From positions 102,353 through 166,352 of IMG/VR virus record IMGVR_UViG_3300027659_000009: 64,000 nucleotides of DNA. One strand, given 5' to 3'. A program made the position numbers and the translations under genes. This DNA comes from a virus. Below the pieces are notes generated by a model, which had not been told where the DNA came from, made no database searches, and was given only the letters and a program-made list of their open reading frames with translations. Shown in pieces: positions 57,652 to 64,000 of this stretch. The stretch's first letter is position 1. Every line of letters begins with the position of its first letter.

Positions 57652-59085
57652 ATGGCTGAAAAAAAGAAATCAATCATCGAAGAGGCTTTACTAGAAGCAA
57701 AGTCTTTAGAGGATGCCTTAAAAGCCAACACGAAAGAAATACTTGCGGCACATATGTCGAAAGAAATTGAAAACATTGTTGAGACATCTTTAAAAAATAA
57801 AGATGTAAAGAAAAAAAACCCAATCTCAGAAGAAGATGATGAGATTAGTGTTAACGATGTAGAAACTAAAGGATCCGATGATGAAGAAGAAGACGTTAAG
57901 TTAGACCTTGACGATGAAGAAAACGATGATGATGACGAACTACAATTTGATAGTGAGGAATCTGATGATGAACCTAATGATGAACCAAAAATTGATTTGG
58001 ACTTAGACACTGACCTAGACTTAGATGCTGGAGAGGGAGATGATGACGATGATGATGATGACGATGAGGTAGGTTTAGGTTTTGAATTACCTATGGGTGC
58101 AGATGATGACGAAGAAATTTTAGACTTAACAGGCGCTTCTGATGAAGAGGTTGTTACAGTATTTAAAAAACTTTCTGACAATGACGAAGTAGAGGTAGTT
58201 AAAGATCAAGGTGGAATTCATCTTAAAGATAACGGTACGGGTGCAGAGTATTACATTAAGGAATCTATGGAAGAAGAATGGGATTCTATGAAAGAAGGTG
58301 AACAATGTTCTGAATGTGGTTCAGGTGCATTGTACGAAGATGAAGAAGGTAAGTACTGTTCTGAATGTGGTTCAGGTATGTACGAAGACGAAGATCGAAT
58401 CGAATACGAAATTGAATTAGACGAACCTTCAAGTGAGAAAGACGGATTTGAAATAAACAATTGGGACGATGCGTCTAGATGGCTTAGAGATACGCCAGAA
58501 GGAAGACACGCAGGAAGTAGACCAATTGAAGATTTTGAAGAAGGTGCTTACATTGAAGAGGATAAATTACAAAGACATTCAAGAACTAACGGTAAACAAA
58601 GATATCACGGTGCTAGATTAGCAACGAGAGAATCTTTAACAACTCGTAACCCTATTGTAAATAGAGAACCGAAAACAAACACAGTTTCCGAATCCAAAAT
58701 AATGAGAGAATACAGAGAGTTAAAATCTAAAAACGAAGAGTATAAGAAAGCACTCAATGTATTCAAAGAAAAACTAAACGAAGTTGCGTTGTTTAACACT
58801 AACTTGGCTTATGTTAATAGACTATTTACTGAGCATTCAACTACTAAGAAAGAAAAAATGGAAATTCTTAAGAGATTTGATAACGCTGAGTCAATTAGAG
58901 AATCTAAAAACATCTACAAAACTATTAAAACGGAATTAGATTCTAAATCCCCTATTAATGAATCTGTAGGAACTAAAGTTAATAAAACAATACAATCTTC
59001 AAAGTCAACTAATTTGAATGAGTCTACTGCTTATGTAGATCCACAAATTACGGCAATTAAAGATTTAATGAGAAGAATCTCATAA
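57652..59085 (+). CDS. prohead scaffold/core protein (gp22-like)
   Basis: Between protease and capsid genes; acidic plus coiled coil; many (I/L)xE sites. Confidence 0.8.
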   Translation: MAEKKKSIIEEALLEAKSLEDALKANTKEILAAHMSKEIENIVETSLKNKDVKKKNPISEEDDEISVNDVETKGSDDEEEDVKLDLDDEENDDDDELQFDSEESDDEPNDEPKIDLDLDTDLDLDAGEGDDDDDDDDDEVGLGFELPMGADDDEEILDLTGASDEEVVTVFKKLSDNDEVEVVKDQGGIHLKDNGTGAEYYIKESMEEEWDSMKEGEQCSECGSGALYEDEEGKYCSECGSGMYEDEDRIEYEIELDEPSSEKDGFEINNWDDASRWLRDTPEGRHAGSRPIEDFEEGAYIEEDKLQRHSRTNGKQRYHGARLATRESLTTRNPIVNREPKTNTVSESKIMREYRELKSKNEEYKKALNVFKEKLNEVALFNTNLAYVNRLFTEHSTTKKEKMEILKRFDNAESIRESKNIYKTIKTELDSKSPINESVGTKVNKTIQSSKSTNLNESTAYVDPQITAIKDLMRRIS

Positions 59086-59125
59086 AAATAATAAAATAAC
59101 AAAATTAAAATAAAAATTTAAAAAA

Positions 59126-60925
59126 ATGGGACATTTGTTAAACTCAGGTGAAGTCGGAAATATCGGACTTGAACACCTAAAACAAATTAGATCTAAAACA
59201 ATTTCTAAATGGAACCAATTAGGTTTCTTAGAAGGTTTAAAAGGTCACGTAAAAGAGAACATCGCTCAATTATATGAAAATCAAGCGTCTGCTTTGTTGA
59301 ATGAATCAACTTCTGCAGACTCATCAGGTTCTTTCGAAACTGTAGTTTTTCCAATTGTGAGAAGAGTATTCTCTAAATTATTGGCTAACGATATCGTATC
59401 AGTACAAGCCATGAACATGCCAATCGGTAAATTATTCTTCTTTGTACCTAAAACATCTGATGGAGCGTTTCCATTGAATGGTTCTAACGACGGTGTTAAT
59501 GGAGCATTACCTGAATGTGTAATTGGTGGATGTGCTGCAGAAGCAGTAACAACATACTACGCAAAAAGTCTTTATGATTTATATTATAACGATGGTTTGT
59601 ATGATGCATCTAAAGGTAAGGCTACTATCAACGTTGAAACTGGTAACACTTCTAATGGTAATACCGTTAGAATCCTTTCAGGATTAACATATGACACTGC
59701 GTATTCTGCTGGTTCACAAAAAGCTTTGGCTGGTGATGGTTCAGTTAGATACCTTAAATTAGGTGTACAAGGATTTCAAGATGCAGGTGCAGGTAGATTA
59801 ACAGGACCGGACGGAAATGAAATGGATACTGAAACATTTTTAGCATCACTTAAAGTTGTTGTTAGAGGTGGAGACATTAAAGATCCAAGCAATAATCTTA
59901 TTGTTGCAAACGGTGGTGAAGTACCTTTTAGACTTATCGCTCAAAAATATGGTAAAGGTATCGTTAATTATAGTAGTATCTGTTCTGCGACTGATGGGAC
60001 TTTAGTATTAGAAGTAGATTTAACACACCCAACTTGTACATCTTGTGCAGAAGCAACACTTGATGGTTACATCGGTGCAAATTCTGGTTTAACTAGAAGT
60101 ACTAATGCTACTTATTCAGCAATTACGTTTGACGTAAGTTGGATGCAATATGCATCTTTAGAATACTCTACAGAAATGGGTGAGGTTTCTTTTGAATTGG
60201 ATGAGGTAGTTGTATCAGTAACTGAAAGAAAACTAAGAGCAACTTGGTCACCTGAATTAGCACAAGACGTTAGTGCATTCCATAACATCGATGCGGAGGC
60301 TGAACTTACGGCTCTTTTATCTGAGCAGGTTGCTGCTGAGATCGATAGAGAGATCTTAAGAGACTTAAGAAGAGGTGCTGCATGGCAATTGAGATGGGAC
60401 TATAACGGATGGAAAAGAGCAAACTCTGGTGGAGGTTTCAACGCATACACTCAAAAAGAGTGGAACCAAACGTTGATTACTAAAGTCAATCAAGTTTCAG
60501 CACAAATTCACAAATCAACTTTGAGAGGTGGCGCTAACTTCGTAGTAGTATCTTCTGAGATATCAGCAATTTTTGATGACTTAGAATACTTCCACGTATC
60601 TAACGCTTCTCCAGAGCAAGATCAGTACAATATGGGTATTGAGAAAATCGGTTCATTAGGTGGAAGATATACTGTATATCGTGATCCTTACGCACCAGCG
60701 AACTCAATCATCATTGGACACAAAGGTAAGTCATTGTTAGATACTGGATACATTTACGCTCCGTATGTACCATTACAATTGACTCCAACATTACAAAACC
60801 CATTCAACTTCGCACCAACGAAGGGGATTATGACTAGATACGCTAAGAAAATGGTTAATAACCGTTTCTATGGTGTAGTAACAGTTGACGGTGTTGTAAC
60901 GTTCAATATTGACGAATTGAGATAA
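59126..60925 (+). CDS. major capsid protein (T4 gp23-like)
   Basis: ENQ...LLNE/S, P.VRRV...LANDIVSVQAM..P.G, RKLRATWSPELAQD..A.H.IDAEAEL, YAPYVPL, GIMTRY. Confidence 0.97.
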   Translation: MGHLLNSGEVGNIGLEHLKQIRSKTISKWNQLGFLEGLKGHVKENIAQLYENQASALLNESTSADSSGSFETVVFPIVRRVFSKLLANDIVSVQAMNMPIGKLFFFVPKTSDGAFPLNGSNDGVNGALPECVIGGCAAEAVTTYYAKSLYDLYYNDGLYDASKGKATINVETGNTSNGNTVRILSGLTYDTAYSAGSQKALAGDGSVRYLKLGVQGFQDAGAGRLTGPDGNEMDTETFLASLKVVVRGGDIKDPSNNLIVANGGEVPFRLIAQKYGKGIVNYSSICSATDGTLVLEVDLTHPTCTSCAEATLDGYIGANSGLTRSTNATYSAITFDVSWMQYASLEYSTEMGEVSFELDEVVVSVTERKLRATWSPELAQDVSAFHNIDAEAELTALLSEQVAAEIDREILRDLRRGAAWQLRWDYNGWKRANSGGGFNAYTQKEWNQTLITKVNQVSAQIHKSTLRGGANFVVVSSEISAIFDDLEYFHVSNASPEQDQYNMGIEKIGSLGGRYTVYRDPYAPANSIIIGHKGKSLLDTGYIYAPYVPLQLTPTLQNPFNFAPTKGIMTRYAKKMVNNRFYGVVTVDGVVTFNIDELR

Positions 60926-60946
60926 TCAATTAAATATAACAACAAT

Positions 60947-60975
60947 AAAAAGGGTAGAGTTTTCTACCCTTTTTT
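60947..60975 (+). terminator. intrinsic terminator after the capsid gene
   Basis: AAAAGGGTAGA-GTTT-TCTACCCTTTT. Confidence 0.85.
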
Positions 60976-61009
60976 GTTTTATAGAATATTTATTATTATA
61001 TTTGTAACT

Positions 61010-61864
61010 ATGAGAATAAAGAAAAAATATGTTTTACTGGAATCGTTATTAATTGACACTAGTAGTGAATTTTCTAATAGTGAAAAAAGAATATTAAGAT
61101 TAATACATAAAAAATATAATGAAGAAAGAGAAAAATATAATTTTAGTGTCTACGAGGTTGCGGCATGGTTAATTGAAGACTTTGAGTTATCATATGGAGT
61201 GGCATTTGAATTATCTAAATCTTATTTTTTGGAGGGTAGTAGATTATTTAGTGAATATGAACCATTAAGAAAAAAATGGCCGATTGCTGAGATATTTTTT
61301 AGTAAGATTGGTGAATTTACTAATGAATTTGTCAAATCATTCCCTAATGATACATATGGTAGTGTAGAAGTTAAAATAAAAGGTGATGAAGGGTTTAATG
61401 ATGTAAGAGATGTTAGAATATGGGGAGGGTATAACTCACTAGCACTTTACTTAAATTTTCCATTTTATAGAATATATGACGGAATTAGAAGTACCTATCT
61501 TGGTGGTGAAAGTTCTGACGCTAGACTTATAAGAGTAGATATTGGTTTTAAACTATTAGATAATGATGGTAATACTGTCGACGCATCTCCTCGATGGAGA
61601 ACTGAAGAATATGAAGATGGTAGTATTAATTTAAATGAATTCTTAGTTTCTGTAAATTATAGGATTGGTTCGGGTGATAGTCGAGTGTCTAAAATTTTAA
61701 TGGAATTAAAAGTTCCGTTCCCACAACCTTTAACTAAACAGTCAGTTATAGATATTTTTAAAAAAATAACAGAAGACACTATTCAAAAAATTCAATCCAC
61801 TACCTTTAAACTACCCGCAGGTATAGAACCCATAGTTGTTAGTGCAGGTAGTCAACTTGATTAA
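61010..61864 (+). CDS. leader-bearing hypothetical
   Basis: MRIKKKYVLLE/S; late motif at ~60986. Confidence 0.65.
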   Translation: MRIKKKYVLLESLLIDTSSEFSNSEKRILRLIHKKYNEEREKYNFSVYEVAAWLIEDFELSYGVAFELSKSYFLEGSRLFSEYEPLRKKWPIAEIFFSKIGEFTNEFVKSFPNDTYGSVEVKIKGDEGFNDVRDVRIWGGYNSLALYLNFPFYRIYDGIRSTYLGGESSDARLIRVDIGFKLLDNDGNTVDASPRWRTEEYEDGSINLNEFLVSVNYRIGSGDSRVSKILMELKVPFPQPLTKQSVIDIFKKITEDTIQKIQSTTFKLPAGIEPIVVSAGSQLD

Positions 61865-63251
61865 CTACATTAAATTTCATCGTATTAGTATATGTTTTAA
61901 CCAATAGATTAGAAGTTAATTTAATATCAATATAATATTCATTTGGTATCATCCAAGAAGTATCCAATACGAAGTAATTTTTAAGATAAGTTCTATTAAC
62001 ATCCATCCAATCAATTACATTAACTTCAGTGTTACCTTCTCTTATCCACAACCTATATTGTAATCCATCGATAACAGATGTTTGGTTAATAGTATAAGGT
62101 TCACGAACATTTACAAATACTTTTCTATAATCACCTCTTTTAATCTTTTCATCTCTTCTAATACCTGATAAATTAATACCGTATTCTATTGGTAAGGATT
62201 CGTCATCACCAAAACGATAATACTCAGTATCATCTTTAATTTCAAATTGTAATGTTACACTTGGACGATTAATACCATTAATTACTATACTCGACCAAGT
62301 ATCTGTGAATATTGTACAATCTGATGTTGTTATTGGTACGAATAATTCTACATAATAAACACCCTTTGTCTGTCTTGTCACATTATTTGATGTAAAGGAG
62401 GAAAATATGGTACCACTACCATTTTTAACAACTACAGATGGTTTAGAATCTAAGTTTGTTGGTTCTCCACCTAAATTGGTATAGAAATATAATCTATTTA
62501 ATTTACCTCTATAAAAATTCTGTCTATCATCTCTAATAGGACTATTAAATACGGTTTCAACAAATGGTTCGTAATATGTTTGAGTGTGCCTAGTGAAGAA
62601 CCCCACATATCTCGCAGGTCTTACCTCCATCATTTCTAAAGTCTCCTCAAAGGCAATTCCATAACCGTTGTTTGTAGTACCAGTACCACCAGTTATTAAA
62701 AGATTAACTTCATCGGTAATATCCATTTCAATATTTTCACTACCCTGATCAAAGTGTTGATATGTTACAGTTATTGCTGAAGGTGATCCTGAATATACAC
62801 CAGGTTGTGTCCAAAGAGTTGCACCGCTAGAATATAACCAGTTACTAGATGACTCAATAAATGTAATATTATCATTAGGTTGTATACCTTCATATTGTTG
62901 GTAATCGTACCCACAACCCTCGTCCCAAAATGTATTAATTTTAAATAATAATAAATTGAAAGAAGAAGTCCTTACTTTTTTATCTAACGCCTCTTGACCT
63001 TGTAAATCCCTATCAAAAAAGGAACTATTAGTCATTCTAAGTGTATGTGTTACTTTAGATAAATCACCTAACTCACCACTATTATATTTATTTTTTAAGT
63101 CCTGTACGTCAAAATAAAATAAATGTCTCGTATAATCTGGTTGAGTCTCTTTACCACCATAATATAATTCAGCAATAGGGTTTTTACCTGTATTTACTAA
63201 TGTATTGTAAATAATAGTATTATCTTTATCGATGTATGTTCTAAATACCAT
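61839..63251 (-). CDS. putative virion structural protein
   Basis: Beta-rich 470-aa ORF; late motif on the minus strand near 63265. Confidence 0.6.
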   Translation of the reverse strand: MVFRTYIDKDNTIIYNTLVNTGKNPIAELYYGGKETQPDYTRHLFYFDVQDLKNKYNSGELGDLSKVTHTLRMTNSSFFDRDLQGQEALDKKVRTSSFNLLLFKINTFWDEGCGYDYQQYEGIQPNDNITFIESSSNWLYSSGATLWTQPGVYSGSPSAITVTYQHFDQGSENIEMDITDEVNLLITGGTGTTNNGYGIAFEETLEMMEVRPARYVGFFTRHTQTYYEPFVETVFNSPIRDDRQNFYRGKLNRLYFYTNLGGEPTNLDSKPSVVVKNGSGTIFSSFTSNNVTRQTKGVYYVELFVPITTSDCTIFTDTWSSIVINGINRPSVTLQFEIKDDTEYYRFGDDESLPIEYGINLSGIRRDEKIKRGDYRKVFVNVREPYTINQTSVIDGLQYRLWIREGNTEVNVIDWMDVNRTYLKNYFVLDTSWMIPNEYYIDIKLTSNLLVKTYTNTMKFNVVNQVDYLH

Positions 63252-63273
63252 TTTTGTTTTTTAAATAAATATC

Positions 63274-63999
63274 TTAATTACTATTAATATTCTTATTTAG
63301 AATTTTATTTAAATCAAAACTTAATACATCAGTGGTTATAGTACTAGGATCCGCACTTAATCCATGATATGGGTGAACGTGTAGTTGGACGTATTTTTTA
63401 ACTAATTCTAAAAAATTTAATAAAACATCACCATACACTAAAGGATGTGCCTCATTATTTATTTTTAGTTGTTCATCATCCGTTATCAATTCTTTAGGAT
63501 TCGCCAATTCAAAGGTATGTTCTCCGTCATGACTAATTAAATTAATTTTACTTGCGACAATATTAACTACACTACTTTTCTCACTTTTATTTTTAACAAC
63601 TTTTAATTCCTTAATTTTTTTCTTAACCTCAACTGGAACCGCATCAAACATCGCAATACCATCATTACCTTTATATATTTTAATTAAATCAAATGCCTTT
63701 GTTTTTATTTTCCATTTTGTACCTTTATTTGCGTCAATAAATACTTTTGCAGCAGATAGGGATTGATCTCTAGATGTTGATCCTAAAAAACCATTCTCAT
63801 TTTCAAAAGAAGTTTTTAAACTACCTGTATTGGCATCGGTTATTGTTATAAATAATTCTGTTCTGTTAATATCATTCTCACTATATCTACTTTGTGGTAA
63901 GTCTCCCGATAATACAATATTAGAGTTAGTTATGGTGTCCATAGTGACAGTTATTAGTGTATCAGGAGAAGGTGTAATATAAGTAACAACTTCTTTTTC
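63274..63999 (-). CDS. partial baseplate hub/spike-like protein (C-terminal part; runs off the window)
   Basis: Frame open to the window end; C-terminal LVYGD.L...L....HVHPYHG, an HxH apex-type motif. Confidence 0.55.
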   Translation of the reverse strand, partial: EKEVVTYITPSPDTLITVTMDTITNSNIVLSGDLPQSRYSENDINRTELFITITDANTGSLKTSFENENGFLGSTSRDQSLSAAKVFIDANKGTKWKIKTKAFDLIKIYKGNDGIAMFDAVPVEVKKKIKELKVVKNKSEKSSVVNIVASKINLISHDGEHTFELANPKELITDDEQLKINNEAHPLVYGDVLLNFLELVKKYVQLHVHPYHGLSADPSTITTDVLSFDLNKILNKNINSN

Positions 64000-64000
64000 T

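Noticed and set aside
57543-58181. Ser-rich minus-strand ORFs (also 45668-46096, 34065-34529, 54860-55237, 55817-56221)
   Set aside because: Antisense shadows of acidic or repetitive plus-strand genes.
1-64000. Stop-codon reassignment
   Set aside because: Conserved genes (terminase, portal, capsid, ClpC) are intact in the standard code, and TAG and TGA both end genes normally.
1-64000. tRNA or rRNA genes
   Set aside because: No cloverleaf with a T-loop consensus and no rRNA-like segment noticed by eye; tRNAscan-SE would be needed to be certain.

Overview
AT-rich, standard-code segment of a large T4-like (jumbo) phage genome. The host is most likely Bacteroidota: TTTG-N19/20-TAnnTTTG promoters, no Shine-Dalgarno motifs, and signal peptides followed by Gln. 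The right end carries the head module (terminase large subunit, gp20-like portal, gp21-like prohead protease, scaffold, gp23-like major capsid protein). The middle has ClpC, a DNA methyltransferase, a KTSC protein, GNAT, a nucleotidyltransferase, and a thyA split in two by a MobE-like HNH gene with no visible intron. The left ~36 kb is dominated by about 30 late-promoter (ATATTTAT) genes whose unrelated cargo domains are fused to short basic/amphipathic N-terminal leaders (e.g. MKKIIRLTESDLxRIVxRVIxE). These leaders end in (I/L)-x-E, the same type of site seen in the capsid and scaffold proteins. I interpret this as a modular capsid-targeting and protease-maturation cargo system. It includes polyproteins of a repeated ~100-aa domain with a hypervariable centre, joined by INE/S linkers. 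A non-coding island at 7.5-8.9 kb holds three GC-rich structured elements, each behind a promoter-like motif. All family assignments come from recognising motifs by eye; no searches were run.
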